A stretch of DNA of 64,000 nt from assembly GCA_009859145.1 (NCBI GenBank), contig VRVR01000018.1:67688-131687 (forward strand). The letters run 5' to 3'. The notes under the pieces were generated by a model. The model saw only the letters and a program-made list of their open reading frames with translations, was not told the origin of the DNA and made no database searches. Positions within the stretch are counted from its first letter, which is position 1. The number at the start of each line of letters is the position of its first letter. This DNA comes from Andalucia godoyi And28 (Eukaryota > Protista > Jakobida). The position numbers and the translations under genes are program-made. Shown piece by piece: positions 1 to 11,787 of this stretch.

Positions 1-1
1 C

Positions 2-3000
2 CTCGCCAGTGAGGTAGATCAACGCTGCGAACGGAATGTCCTCGTACTCGTTCAGGAACATGTGCAGTTGACGAGCAGAAATGCGCAAGTCCGATTCATT
101 GAATTCGTACGGAATGTTCCATCCCAGAGGCCCAAACTTTCGGCGCTCCTGGATCACAGCGTGAAAGAAGCACAGGGCGAACGCCAAGCGACGAAATTCG
201 ACATCCTTTGAGCACGAGGTAAAGAACTCGGGATCAGAAACCGGGTCCGAGAGATAGCTTCGCAAGAGATTTGCGCGCAATCCACGTGGCGGTTCGTTCG
301 TCATCTTCACCGAGTTTTGCAACACAGATACAGGGAACTTCTCGGAAGGCATGGAAGTGAGCCACATGCGAAACTCCGGGTTCACAGACTCCGGAGCAAG
401 TTCTTCAACAATCTTTTCCAGAGACGACATCCAAGAGACGGCAAGATGGCAGTTTTGCAAAACGACCCACGTCCCACGCTGACACGCTTCCTTGATCTTA
501 CGCTCTGCAATCGGTCCTTGGCCTTGACCCAGAGAGAGCGCTTCCAACTTCTTACCGAACCCTCGAGACTCTGCAAACTTGATGAGCGCCGTCATGGGAT
601 CCGCACCGGGAGACAAGACAAAGACGAGCGGAGTGCACGAATCTGAATCCGCAAACGAGCCGCCGAGATCAAAGACGGGAGGATCGATGAAGCGACGATC
701 CATATTCTTCTCCACGTAGTCCTGGCACGCTGGAGTAATTTTGTCTGGACGGACGGCACGAACAAGAAGCAACCAATGCATATCGCTCATCTTCTCGGGC
801 GAAAATCCATCCACGGGGGCACACGCCTTGATGTTGGTCGTGCATTTGTGGGGCTCAGAAAAGTCGTACATTGCCTTGAAAGCAGCCACATGCTTCTTGA
901 AGAAACCAGACACTCCCTTCATGAGCGGTAGAGACTCGAGTCGAAGAAGCTCGATCCAAGACTTCTCAACAAGCCAGTCGGAAGCCGGGTTTGGCGGCAA
1001 GGACGACTCTCCGACTGCAATACCACCCGTCAAAAGGAAACGCCACTCCTCTTCGATGATGGAGTGGTTCTCACCATCTTGGATCTTGATGCACATGATC
1101 AAGGAGAACAGCAGCTTGTGGTTCTCAAACAGCGATCGGCAGACGTTCTTGTACAAGGAATACGTGAAAAAGTCCTTGAGATTTGCCAATCGCTTTTCAA
1201 AAATGTCGGAAGGCGATGATTCCTGAATGCCTCGGATGAACAGCGAAATGTACCAAGTCAAGGAATACTGGTACATCGGATCGACGTTGGCAAGTTCTGA
1301 AATGCAGAAGAACAGCAGGGACCCACGCAGCGCAACGGGCTTGTACCCAAGACGAGTAGCGTCAATTTCGGCTTCCGTAATCTCAGCGGCGGCCTGCTTC
1401 TCTGCAATTTCATTAGCCGTGATCTTCGACTTGGAAAGCGCATTCACGACCGCTTCATCCTCCAAAATATTACCCGACGAGCTGCTGAGCAACTGCAGGA
1501 TCTTGTCCTCAATCTCCTTGAGCGTGCGCTTGTTCTCAGCAGACTGCAGCACCAACTCGTTCTTTTCCTTCTCGAGCTCCGGGCGTTCCTTTGCTACTAC
1601 AATGCCAAGAAGCTGGTCCTCAAGACCCTCCGGTGTGATCATAAAGTTAATCAACGTGACTTTGGTTGACAGCTCGGGAAGGTAGTGGGGATTTCGAAGT
1701 TTCGTCGTGATGTAGAACCGGAAATCTTTCGAGTACTCGATGGTGTTGTCGCCCAAGCGGATGCACATGGTACCCTGAGACTTGAAAACCTGTTTCAGGA
1801 GCAACGGCTCAAGCACAGCATCCAGTTCTTCCCCCACATTTTCCAACAGAACAGGGGTTCCAAACTGAATGGCATTCTCCAGCGAGCGAAGGAACCCCTC
1901 GTCAGAGAGCTTCATGACCATCAACTTATTATCCTTCTCCATGTTCTTGATCCACTTATTCGCCTGGCCCTGCGGATCAATCAACAGCGGCCAACGACGA
2001 GCGTTGTTAACCACAATACCGTTATCTACTGAAAAGGAATCGGCCGGGAGTCCGCAAATATTCCATTCGCGAACCTTCACTGGATCTCCGAGAACGGTAG
2101 ACAATGAAAATACTTCTGAGCAAGGGATGGCGTTCTTCCGGCAGGCTACGATCCAGGAAGCAATGCACGAACTTCTGAACGCCGAAGTGAACGCACCCAA
2201 ATACGCGATCAGTCCCGCGGCAATCAGGACATCGCCAGTCAAGTTTGTGTACAGCACAGACAGATCGGCGACGATTGCAGTCCAGCGCGATTTCTCGCCA
2301 CCGAGACCACCAATAAGACGCTGGGCACGATCCAACTTCTTCTCCACATCCTGAACTTGTCGCGCAAGATCCAACTTCTTCTGATTCGACTCCGTGAACT
2401 GCTTGTTCAATTTGTCGATGCGATCCACGACCGTCTGGAGCGCAGCCTTCTTCTCATTGAGCACGGCCATCACTTTCGCAAGCTCGGCTTCTGCGGCTGC
2501 CAATGCGGCCTTTTTCGGGGCGACAACTTTCGCAATGCGATTATACACATCCATTGCTCGGACCCAAGCACACAGGCCCTTTGCAGCAATAGAGACGCGC
2601 TCAATCACCTCCGGAACAAAATCAGGGTCTTTCAGATACGGTTGCAGATTCTGGATCACAGAATCTGGAATGTTGTCCTTGTCGTAGTCAAGAAGAGATT
2701 GCAAGAAATTCGGATTTGCCATCATCTTCTTAGCTGGCTCCCAATAGTCATCGTACTTCTTTCCCATGCCCGCGTCTTTCTTGACTGGCTTGATCTGATT
2801 CATAATGCACACAGTTTCCATGACAACGCGAACTCCTTGGGGAGGGGTTGGCATAGCCTTCACTTCCGTGATGTCCTTCTTGCTCAGAGATTTCAACGCC
2901 TTTGTCGCAGCCTCAAGCGCCGGAATGGCCTCCGCTAAATCAGCTTCGCACTCCGACTTCAGCTTCTGCGCGGCCTCCGCCTTGACATTCGCTTCCGCCT

Positions 3001-6000
3001 CATCCACTTGGACTACCTCCTTCGTGGCCGCAGCCTCCTTGGATTCCTTTTCAATCACAACGATGAGGTCTTCAACGTCCTTGGTGGTCTGAATGAGAAC
3101 TGGCTTGAGAGCCGTCAATTCTGCTTGCATATCTGCAACCTGGCCTTCCGCAGACGCAAGCTTTTGCAAGCCGACTTCGTAGCGTCGCTTCGACTCGTTC
3201 AGCGACTGCTGCTTGCGGGCCAGCAGCGTCTTAAACGTGGAAATCAGCTCAAGATATGACGTCGGCGTGACGTAATTGTACCGCTTCGCTTGCACAAGAT
3301 ATGTAATCGATAGCCGATGAACGGACTGATGCATTTGCACACACAATTCGACGCACGATTTTTTCTGGTCGGCGGTTGCATCGATTTCGTCAAGGAAACT
3401 GGTAGCAACAGAGTGCAGCGCCTCGTCCGGCCACTGCGTGAACCAATCAATCGTGCAGCAGTTGACCAGTGATGGGAACTGACGGATGCGATTTCTCAAG
3501 GCGTCCCCTACAGGAGACATGCACAAAACGACGTGCAGCCTTGCTCTGCAACGCTCGACAAAGAAATTGTACAGTCCATTTCGGGACATGTCCTTCCAGC
3601 CAGCCTCCTTCGCTGCATTGCGAAGTCCCTCAACAATGGCGGTCAGCTCATCCGTTGGAAACAGATTCGGAACTTCTCCAGTGTTCAGCAAATTGGAGAT
3701 ATCTTCCAAAAAGGACTCGTATTTGATTTGTGTGTCCGTAAACAGGAACACCGTGTACTTGCCTTCCGAGCCACCAGCTCGGCGAAGAAGTTTCTTGAGG
3801 TCTTCCTTCCATTCCGTCCTCGTGTAGTTCTTCGAAATTTCAACTTGGGAAATCTCCATGTTTGCAATATGAGCCGCAAGCCGCGTCAGTGACTGACGCC
3901 CAGAACCGCCCACTCCAATCAAGAGCGCATTTCCGCGGGGCTGTCTCAAAACTCGCGAAATTCGAGCAACGTGGGACATGGCGAAGCGGAATAGAACCAA
4001 TTCCATGCGCTTGGCAGACATTGCATTATACTCGTCAAGATACTCAACCATGATGCGGTTGAATGCATTCATATCCTTGATTTCTTCGTATTTGCGATTG
4101 TCCGGGTCGCTTTCACGGAAATCCGCCCAAATGAGCTGGCGATCCGGAATTGCAGAATCAATCGATGATTTGAACTGCTCTTTGAGGACAACATTCATTT
4201 GGTTCTCAAACCAGGAGCGGTCACTGTCATCAATCAAGCGATCCTGAAACACACGCTGACACTCGTGGTACCACAGGCGCGTCATCTGCTCAGCGCTGTC
4301 CACCTTCTCTGGCCTCACCATTGAAATTCCTTGGAAAACCTTTGATAAATCTCGAAGATTGAAAATATAATGTGGTCGCGCAGGAGTTGGCAGCAGATCA
4401 CGGCAAATAGCTCTATAAAGTGAAATCGTACCAGCGACCATCGACGCGCGCAGTCCCTTGACAGACATTGGGAATGGATCGAAGAACCAGTCCATAATAG
4501 TCGAGAAAATCCTGGTATTGGATTCGTCGTCAAACTCGTTGAATCCAAACATGCAAAAGTGCCGAACGAGTCGCGGGGTAATGCTGTTGCGACCACCCCC
4601 CGGTGGTCCCATTGCACAGACAAACTGAACATCAATGATATTCTTGAAAGTCTTTTCCTTCCGGTCATACCAGCCGCCGTGATCCATCCACTGTCGGATA
4701 AGCTCAATGGGAGGCTGCGCACCGTACACTTCCAGCTGAGGCATGTTCAAATCGTCGACGAAGATCAAGGCCCGTTTTCCGAGAGGAGGTCCAACGACTC
4801 CCTTACGACGCTTGTCGAGTTTTGAATCAATAAGGTCCTGCGTCTGGTTGGCGCTGGTTTGGGCAGAAAAGTTCACAAAAATGGGCACATACTTATCTTC
4901 ATCAAGGGATTCCAACTTGTCCTTGATGTAGACCGTTTTTCCAGTACCCGTTGGCCCGACAAACAAAACAGGATGATTGTGTGTCAGCAAGGTCTCGAGC
5001 AAAAACGAATACCGAATAGTGTCCACCGTGGTGACGATAATATTGTTAAACGACGTATCCTTCTCAATCTTCTTTGCATCGTGCGTGTCGACCCACAAAA
5101 ACCATTTCAGCTCGCCAACTTTGAAAACGTAATCAAACACTGTGCACTTGTCGGGTACAGGAAGCTGGAGTTTGTGCTGTGAATCGCTGGGATTCGATGA
5201 CGCAAATAGCTCACGAATGAACGCATTGAACAATGGACGAGTAGCATCTTCTGTCGTTCCGCCAATGCACCAGACTAAAGAAAACATGAATAAACACTCG
5301 CAAATCACAACCCGCTCACGATCATTCAACTTAGAGAACGTATCTTGAGATTTGAACGGGTCCAGCAGCGAATCATACAGTCGCAACAAGGATGCGACAC
5401 CCATGATTTCCGATTGAGGAACAAACTCTCTGCATTTCTTGCGTCTGAACTCCAATGATGGAAAGATCACCCAATTAAACATCTTCTTCATGTGTTCTTT
5501 CAGAGAATCGGGAATGTGGGCAGGCAAGGTGTTCAACCAGGACTCCATCAACGGAGCCCAGCCGAGAGATGACGGCTCCATGTACACCATGCCACAGCGC
5601 GACACGGTCGCAGGAGAAGCGACAGCCAGATCCTGGACTTCAAAGATGAGATTCATGGTGTTGCTCATTTGGATGATTTCACCTGAAACTAAGCACAGCT
5701 TCTTGTTGTCGTCCAAAACAGTATTCATCGACTCAATCCAAACGGCATCAACAGGGCCGTCGAAGATGATCCACTTTCGGTCGGGGGATGGATCCGAAGA
5801 ACACGTTCGAAAGATATTAGCAAGAATGCCATCGGACCACTCATGAGAAACCATGTCGAAAGATCCGTACAGTTGTCCCATCGTAATAGACTTTGGATTC
5901 AGCGTGTGCAGATGAGTGTGCCGCTCCAATCCACGCTTCGACAGGGAACTCAGCGCATCCGACAGAACACGAATAGCACACGTTTTCCCAGCATACGAGT

Positions 6001-9000
6001 ACCCAACCACCATAAGACCGTGTCGAACGATGATCATCTCATACAACTGGATCACTTTGTCCAGGAACGCCACAGAGGGCTGCAGATTGCGAGCCTTGCA
6101 AGACTCGTGCATAGCTTCATTCAAAGCCGCCCGATCGACATCGGGCAGCGACACTCCTGGGAACAAATCAGAGATGATACCATTGAACAGGGGGATGTCA
6201 TGCGAAAGGAATTTTGGAAGATTCACATCCTGGATTGCACGAAGAATCAAAATGTCTTCGCCTTCATCTAGATACTTGCGCTTCAGGTTTCCGGCAGCAG
6301 TCAGCACAGCCTTCACAGCTCGCATGCCATAGTCATAGTGGTCCTGAGACGATAGCTGTTCAGAGCAAAGCTTGTACGTCGCAACGATCTTTTCAGCCAA
6401 GGCGCGACCCTTCAAGAAGCCAAATGAGAACAGCGAAATTTCAGCGATTAGTGCATAATTCGGAACCATCATCGCAACCGGCCTGAACAATGCCTTCAAA
6501 TTGTCCGGAAGCTCAGATCGACCAGCATACCCCGGATTCATGGTGATAAATACAGCACACGAGGCGTTGAGGGCAAGCTCGGTTCCCTCGAAAACAAATC
6601 GGGTCATCTTGAGCCCAATGGCACGCTGAATAGTCAAAATCTGTTGGGCAATGACGGACAAAACTTCAAGATCTATGCGATTGAATTCATCAAAGCACGA
6701 CCACGCACCCGATGAAGCAAGACCCTTGAAAAACTTTCCCATGGCGAGATAGTCCAAACCATCGGAACAGTTGAAAACGACGCACTGCTTCGCTATGGCC
6801 TTGGCGAGATCTTTTGTTGTTTCCGTCTTTCCTGTGCCAGCAGGGCCTTCTGGCGCACCTCCTAAATGCAAGTGCAAGGCCCCCATGAGCGTCCTGTAGC
6901 AACGATCGGTCAACGGAGTAATGACGAGCCGGCCCGAATTGCCGAGATATTCGTATCCGTAAGAAAGAGCCGCATTGGTTTGCCGTACAATGAGACTGCC
7001 TGTTTCGTCCAGGTAATATCGAAGCTGAGCAAGCCAATCAAACGCATTTGGATCGCTGACCTTGGCTTTCACCATGTCAGTGATCGTGTCTCGGTTGTGA
7101 ACCTCGATAACTACGAGAGAAGACAAGGTAGCACGAGCCAGTGATGAGAGGTCGCCACGAACCAGTTTAATCAGCGTCTCCATGAGACCGTTCATGACCT
7201 TTTCAAACTTGGCCAGACCTTTCGATCCATGTTTGGTCAACGCTTCTTCCACATGTTTTGTCCAGCTCCAACAAGACACCGCAATGATAACCTGGCCAGG
7301 CCAATTGATTACCCAATTATCGTAATTCACGTCTGCAGCAGCGCGCGCGATGCAGCATTTGCGAACAATGTCCTTCAACGAGTCAACCATTGCTTTCTCC
7401 ACTTCCAACAGCCACTTTTCGACATTTCCTCCCGCCTCGGCAGGACTCACCTTTCGAATGAAACCAACCCGCTCCTTCTCCGACGAGAACATTGCCGTGA
7501 TATCCATGCTCGACTGAAACTCCAGAGCCTCAATGCTCTCGAAGCACTTTCGCAGATGGGGCTGTACTCGAAGGGGGTCCTTTGTTTCTGACAAGATTTC
7601 AAGCAGCTCGTCATTCGAAAGGAAAAAGAACCGCGGAAATGCAAGTCGCTTCGTCTCCAAATAGTCATTCAATCCTTTTTGAATCATGTCAAGCAGGCGA
7701 TTTGCTTCGACGAACGTCGGTAATAAATTCTCAATTGCAGTTGCGGAAAGCACGGCTGGAGTCTTGACGGTCAGTTCCATTGTCTTACGCCAAACAACAT
7801 CAACCCTTTCAAAGCGCTTCGCCTCGACCGGAAGCTGTCTCGTGATGTCTTCCGATGAGAAAATAGGCTCCAGATACAGCCAAACTCCTTGACACTTGAG
7901 CCATTCATCCAGAATTTCTTGAACATTCTTCAGCTTCTCTTCCCATTCACGAACCCGCTTCTCAATTGCCTTCACGTTCGGATCTCCGCGCATGGATTGC
8001 GTCTTGACAATATGATCATCCAGCATGTTCTGAATATCATCAATTCCACGGAGAATATGCGTTCCCGTAGACCGCCATGGCGCACACTCAAAACACATTG
8101 GCTTCCACTCGGCTTGCATTTTCTCAAGAGCCTTCTCGAGCTTGTACTCCTTCGATGCCACATCCGATATGTCCTGGATCTTATCAATGTACTGCATAAG
8201 ATTCATGGACAACAGGGAATTCAAATTCAGGTCATCAGACGGATACAAGTGCACATTGCACACATCAGAGATGCGCTCCCAATGCCGATCTCGAAGACCG
8301 GGATTCCGGAGTGCTTGTATCAACGGAATATACGCTTTGAACACATCGACCTTTTCCTTGAGTGCAAGGGCCACGGCAGCCGCAGCAGGAGATCTGTCGT
8401 TCAGCGATTTCGACAGCTTGAACAGCATTCGCCACCAAGCAGCAACATCTTGCTCGATCTTTTCCCCATCCAATAAATTGAACTGCCCTTCGTGCCACTC
8501 GGGGGAAGCGCGAGTCCAATTGACTGCAACTGTCCACAGGTCTTTGAAAGGCTCAAACGCCTTGGCGACGTCATTAATTTGAGGATATGACGTCTCCTGC
8601 CACTCAAAGATCTTTTCGCGAGAATTGTACAATCGAGCTGTATCTCGAGCATCTGAAATCTTCTTGGTGATAAGCTCAACTTTTTCGTACAGCTCCTCAA
8701 CCTTCTCGAGATCTCCAATTTTCGAGAACTCGTCCACTTCATCTCGGTACCGATCAAGAGAGTCGACGAACTTCTCCTGATTCTCCCGCAGCTCCTCCAT
8801 GAACCGACGACGACTGTCTTCAATTTCCATTTTCGCATCGTCCATTGCAGAGGAGCATTTTGCAGGCCAGGATACAGAATTCCACAGTAATTCAAAGTCC
8901 GACACAGCCAGTGAGACAGAAAAACCTTCCAGCGAATCCGCCAGTGACCGCGCAAGCTTGATCTGGCCCTCCAATGCAATGAACTTTTCCGAACAAGAAT

Positions 9001-11152
9001 TGTAATACTGCTGCAGCTCTACCAGATCCTCCGCATTGGTAGGCAAAACGGATATCCGCTCGTAGATTTCCGTGTACGAGGTGTTGATAGAATTGCACGT
9101 GTCTTGAATGGACTGCACGATTCTGGTTACCAGCGTATTGAAAAGCGCATCCGCACGCGAGCGAAGCAGCTTCCGAAGCTCTCCACAATCGACAACAAAC
9201 AAGCCGAACGTATTGAAGCGCTTAACATTCTCCGCGATTTCCATTGCCATGGCTCGGAACTTCAGGATGTCCTGGAGGATTGTCGAGTCATCGGCAGACG
9301 CCAACACAGACTCCACAGTCTCGGTCCATAAGATCGAAAAACGCTCATCAATAAAATCGCGAAAATTGGACGGTGAGACGAGCTCCACAGAAAGGCGCTC
9401 CTGCAGCCGAGCCCGCATTTCCTGTGGAAGCGGGTGCTGTTTGTCCAATGTGGCAAGCGGCAGCTCGTTCGGGAAATCCAAAAGGGGCAGAACATTGGCA
9501 CCAAGTTTTGGAACTTGAGAAGAGCAGCCAATGATGTAATCAAAGTGTCGACAGATCATATCCATCACTGTTTCGACTGGAGGATCAAACACCAGTTTGT
9601 CATCTCTAACGAGCAAGCGAACTGTCAGCAACGGGTCTTCGCGAACAGAAAAGAAATCAAAGAAATCAACCACAGACTCTTTCGTCAAGGTTCTCAGTTG
9701 CTCGCTCATGATGAGGTTGATGCAGTTCAGGAATCTGCACAAAGTCGAGCTCAGGTACGTATCCTTGTTATCCTCATAAAAATGGAAGCCTCCACCCACT
9801 TCATCTAAATTGTTCTGAATCATCCAGGCGATGTTGGGAACCCAATCTGTCTTGAGGAAACTGGCAACTCGATCTGCGTGCGCTCGCTGGGCCTGCATAA
9901 ATGCCTCGAGAACACAAGGCGTTTCTAAGTTCTCCAGTGCACAGTCCACAAAGTTTCGCAAAGAAAATTTTTCCATCCAGCTGCGGAAAACGGATGTCAT
10001 CGTCGGTATCAAAGCAGGATGGACGCAAAACAAATTTTGTGAAATGAAAGCTTTGGATTCCGAAAAGTGCAGGTCGTGTTCTGGAATCGAAACGGTGGCA
10101 AGCAACGGGACCGGGGGCCTTGCATCTGGATCCGGGAGATGTATGTGTGCAAGGCGCTTGCGCTCTTCCATATTCATGTACAGATAGTTGAAGATGGCCT
10201 GCTTAACAGACGATTCATGAAACAGGCGCAATTCATCAATGGACGACTCAATAAAGTCAACCTGTGCGACCGGAAATTCTGCCGCGACAAGTCGCAGAAT
10301 ACGATCAATCTGCTCCTCGGATATCGGAGTCGCCGCTTCGCTGCTCATATCTTGAATGTACATGTCAAGCCTGATACGGGCTTCCGACATTGACCGTCGC
10401 TGGATGGCATCGGCTCGTCTTCGAAGAAACTTTGCCTCATCCTCTCCGTCGAACCGAATGTTCAACCTCCGAACAAATTTCGTCTTTTCGGGAGAATCAC
10501 ACCACTCAATCAGAAACGTTCCTTCTGCGTCGCTGAAATCTAGGCACCTGCACCGCTTCCAAACATAGTCATTTCCGTTGAACCAGATGGAGTACCCAAA
10601 GCAACCCACCCAGTTTCTCAGATTCGGCCTGGACTCCAGAGAAACGTCATCGAAAAACTCAAGTGGCAAGAACGAGGATTTCTTGACTCCGATTCGCGGA
10701 ATGGCTTCCTCAGGCATCTGTCCCGCCATTGTCCCGCCATCTGCCGATAGACTGGAGAGGGATGGAGCATTCAAACCGACGATTGACAAGCCGTTCCAGA
10801 CGGGAGAATAGTGTGCTCCGATTCGCCCAGAAGGCGAGTCTTCAGCGGATGACGCACGCCTGGATGCAGTCTGCTGATTCATCGCATCCTTCGCGTTGTC
10901 CTTGGAAATCGACGGCAACTTTCTCTGGAGCGAGCGTACATCTGTGGTAATCTTCGGCTTGGGGAGCTGTACTCTTCCAGTGAACTCCGAAGGCTCGGCG
11001 CGTGTAAGAAGCGTTTGCTCGTGGTTTCGCATACGGCGAAATGCTCTGATTTCTTCTTCCAGCAAGGTTCGCTCACGACCTTCCACATGGGAGACTGCCT
11101 CACGAGGAACCGGCAAAACCTTTTCCTTTAGGGCACGGTTCGCAAAACTCAT
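2..11152 (-). CDS. DNAH1: Axonemal inner-arm dynein heavy chain, DNAH1-like; 3' end runs off the window start
   Basis: Manual minus-strand translation from ATG 11152 (MSFANRALKEK). AAA1 P-loop GAPEGPAGTGKTETTKDLAKAIAKQCVVFNCSDGLD near 6.75-6.86 kb, CFDEFNRI, and C-terminal LHMFLNEYEDIPFAALIYLTGE in the same frame at the window edge (11151 nt, 3717 codons). N-terminal LPLEFFDD and RFDGEDEAKF motifs resemble DNAH1. Missing from the ORF track because there is no stop inside the window. Confidence 0.93.
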   Translation of the reverse strand, partial: MSFANRALKEKVLPVPREAVSHVEGRERTLLEEEIRAFRRMRNHEQTLLTRAEPSEFTGRVQLPKPKITTDVRSLQRKLPSISKDNAKDAMNQQTASRRASSAEDSPSGRIGAHYSPVWNGLSIVGLNAPSLSSLSADGGTMAGQMPEEAIPRIGVKKSSFLPLEFFDDVSLESRPNLRNWVGCFGYSIWFNGNDYVWKRCRCLDFSDAEGTFLIEWCDSPEKTKFVRRLNIRFDGEDEAKFLRRRADAIQRRSMSEARIRLDMYIQDMSSEAATPISEEQIDRILRLVAAEFPVAQVDFIESSIDELRLFHESSVKQAIFNYLYMNMEERKRLAHIHLPDPDARPPVPLLATVSIPEHDLHFSESKAFISQNLFCVHPALIPTMTSVFRSWMEKFSLRNFVDCALENLETPCVLEAFMQAQRAHADRVASFLKTDWVPNIAWMIQNNLDEVGGGFHFYEDNKDTYLSSTLCRFLNCINLIMSEQLRTLTKESVVDFFDFFSVREDPLLTVRLLVRDDKLVFDPPVETVMDMICRHFDYIIGCSSQVPKLGANVLPLLDFPNELPLATLDKQHPLPQEMRARLQERLSVELVSPSNFRDFIDERFSILWTETVESVLASADDSTILQDILKFRAMAMEIAENVKRFNTFGLFVVDCGELRKLLRSRADALFNTLVTRIVQSIQDTCNSINTSYTEIYERISVLPTNAEDLVELQQYYNSCSEKFIALEGQIKLARSLADSLEGFSVSLAVSDFELLWNSVSWPAKCSSAMDDAKMEIEDSRRRFMEELRENQEKFVDSLDRYRDEVDEFSKIGDLEKVEELYEKVELITKKISDARDTARLYNSREKIFEWQETSYPQINDVAKAFEPFKDLWTVAVNWTRASPEWHEGQFNLLDGEKIEQDVAAWWRMLFKLSKSLNDRSPAAAAVALALKEKVDVFKAYIPLIQALRNPGLRDRHWERISDVCNVHLYPSDDLNLNSLLSMNLMQYIDKIQDISDVASKEYKLEKALEKMQAEWKPMCFECAPWRSTGTHILRGIDDIQNMLDDHIVKTQSMRGDPNVKAIEKRVREWEEKLKNVQEILDEWLKCQGVWLYLEPIFSSEDITRQLPVEAKRFERVDVVWRKTMELTVKTPAVLSATAIENLLPTFVEANRLLDMIQKGLNDYLETKRLAFPRFFFLSNDELLEILSETKDPLRVQPHLRKCFESIEALEFQSSMDITAMFSSEKERVGFIRKVSPAEAGGNVEKWLLEVEKAMVDSLKDIVRKCCIARAAADVNYDNWVINWPGQVIIAVSCWSWTKHVEEALTKHGSKGLAKFEKVMNGLMETLIKLVRGDLSSLARATLSSLVVIEVHNRDTITDMVKAKVSDPNAFDWLAQLRYYLDETGSLIVRQTNAALSYGYEYLGNSGRLVITPLTDRCYRTLMGALHLHLGGAPEGPAGTGKTETTKDLAKAIAKQCVVFNCSDGLDYLAMGKFFKGLASSGAWSCFDEFNRIDLEVLSVIAQQILTIQRAIGLKMTRFVFEGTELALNASCAVFITMNPGYAGRSELPDNLKALFRPVAMMVPNYALIAEISLFSFGFLKGRALAEKIVATYKLCSEQLSSQDHYDYGMRAVKAVLTAAGNLKRKYLDEGEDILILRAIQDVNLPKFLSHDIPLFNGIISDLFPGVSLPDVDRAALNEAMHESCKARNLQPSVAFLDKVIQLYEMIIVRHGLMVVGYSYAGKTCAIRVLSDALSSLSKRGLERHTHLHTLNPKSITMGQLYGSFDMVSHEWSDGILANIFRTCSSDPSPDRKWIIFDGPVDAVWIESMNTVLDDNKKLCLVSGEIIQMSNTMNLIFEVQDLAVASPATVSRCGMVYMEPSSLGWAPLMESWLNTLPAHIPDSLKEHMKKMFNWVIFPSLEFRRKKCREFVPQSEIMGVASLLRLYDSLLDPFKSQDTFSKLNDRERVVICECLFMFSLVWCIGGTTEDATRPLFNAFIRELFASSNPSDSQHKLQLPVPDKCTVFDYVFKVGELKWFLWVDTHDAKKIEKDTSFNNIIVTTVDTIRYSFLLETLLTHNHPVLFVGPTGTGKTVYIKDKLESLDEDKYVPIFVNFSAQTSANQTQDLIDSKLDKRRKGVVGPPLGKRALIFVDDLNMPQLEVYGAQPPIELIRQWMDHGGWYDRKEKTFKNIIDVQFVCAMGPPGGGRNSITPRLVRHFCMFGFNEFDDESNTRIFSTIMDWFFDPFPMSVKGLRASMVAGTISLYRAICRDLLPTPARPHYIFNLRDLSKVFQGISMVRPEKVDSAEQMTRLWYHECQRVFQDRLIDDSDRSWFENQMNVVLKEQFKSSIDSAIPDRQLIWADFRESDPDNRKYEEIKDMNAFNRIMVEYLDEYNAMSAKRMELVLFRFAMSHVARISRVLRQPRGNALLIGVGGSGRQSLTRLAAHIANMEISQVEISKNYTRTEWKEDLKKLLRRAGGSEGKYTVFLFTDTQIKYESFLEDISNLLNTGEVPNLFPTDELTAIVEGLRNAAKEAGWKDMSRNGLYNFFVERCRARLHVVLCMSPVGDALRNRIRQFPSLVNCCTIDWFTQWPDEALHSVATSFLDEIDATADQKKSCVELCVQMHQSVHRLSITYLVQAKRYNYVTPTSYLELISTFKTLLARKQQSLNESKRRYEVGLQKLASAEGQVADMQAELTALKPVLIQTTKDVEDLIVVIEKESKEAAATKEVVQVDEAEANVKAEAAQKLKSECEADLAEAIPALEAATKALKSLSKKDITEVKAMPTPPQGVRVVMETVCIMNQIKPVKKDAGMGKKYDDYWEPAKKMMANPNFLQSLLDYDKDNIPDSVIQNLQPYLKDPDFVPEVIERVSIAAKGLCAWVRAMDVYNRIAKVVAPKKAALAAAEAELAKVMAVLNEKKAALQTVVDRIDKLNKQFTESNQKKLDLARQVQDVEKKLDRAQRLIGGLGGEKSRWTAIVADLSVLYTNLTGDVLIAAGLIAYLGAFTSAFRSSCIASWIVACRKNAIPCSEVFSLSTVLGDPVKVREWNICGLPADSFSVDNGIVVNNARRWPLLIDPQGQANKWIKNMEKDNKLMVMKLSDEGFLRSLENAIQFGTPVLLENVGEELDAVLEPLLLKQVFKSQGTMCIRLGDNTIEYSKDFRFYITTKLRNPHYLPELSTKVTLINFMITPEGLEDQLLGIVVAKERPELEKEKNELVLQSAENKRTLKEIEDKILQLLSSSSGNILEDEAVVNALSKSKITANEIAEKQAAAEITEAEIDATRLGYKPVALRGSLLFFCISELANVDPMYQYSLTWYISLFIRGIQESSPSDIFEKRLANLKDFFTYSLYKNVCRSLFENHKLLFSLIMCIKIQDGENHSIIEEEWRFLLTGGIAVGESSLPPNPASDWLVEKSWIELLRLESLPLMKGVSGFFKKHVAAFKAMYDFSEPHKCTTNIKACAPVDGFSPEKMSDMHWLLLVRAVRPDKITPACQDYVEKNMDRRFIDPPVFDLGGSFADSDSCTPLVFVLSPGADPMTALIKFAESRGFGKKLEALSLGQGQGPIAERKIKEACQRGTWVVLQNCHLAVSWMSSLEKIVEELAPESVNPEFRMWLTSMPSEKFPVSVLQNSVKMTNEPPRGLRANLLRSYLSDPVSDPEFFTSCSKDVEFRRLAFALCFFHAVIQERRKFGPLGWNIPYEFNESDLRISARQLHMFLNEYEDIPFAALIYLTGE

Positions 11153-11286
11153 GACGATAACCTCGCGGGAGAGGGCACACAGAAAGAATCAAATAAAACG
11201 ATGCAAAAAGAGCAGTGAAAGCGCAAAAAGAGTTCCGTGACGGACGACGAAGATCGAAAAAGCCTGATCGGAAGGAAAATAGATTG

Positions 11287-11320
<34 letters not shown>

Positions 11321-11787
11321 TGATGATTGGCCAATTGAAAGAAGAAAATGTTGAGGAAAAACTGGAAGAAATCGAAAAAGAAAAAGAAAAGAAAAGAATT
11401 AATTAATTAAAAAATTGTGAGAAAACGGAAACGATGAGATATTGGGAAGACTGAGGAGTGCAGAAGGACGTTGACAAAAGCAGGTGTTAGAATGACAAGA
11501 AATGCAAGCAAACTGAGCGGGGAGGGAAGCTGATCAGATATGAAAAAATTCTCTAGTCTCAAATTCCGAGTCATGCATCAATCGCACTGAAGAAACTTTT
11601 TTATCCGCGCACTGGTTTTTGCTTTCTATATTTTAGTGCACGTGTTTTTTCCCTTTTCTTTTTCATCCTCGTTTCGTTGGCAGCCAATCCAGTTATCGAC
11701 TTGTTCTGAATTCCTTTGGGGTGGTCAGAGAGAGCAGACCAAAAGGTTCGATTTTGAGGACGAGAAAAGGAAGGGAAAAGGAGGGAA

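Noticed and set aside
317-11240. Dozens of short plus-strand and other-frame ORFs in the ORF track
   Set aside because: They are antisense or out-of-frame shadows of the single dynein heavy chain ORF. The same applies to shadow ORFs over the other long genes.
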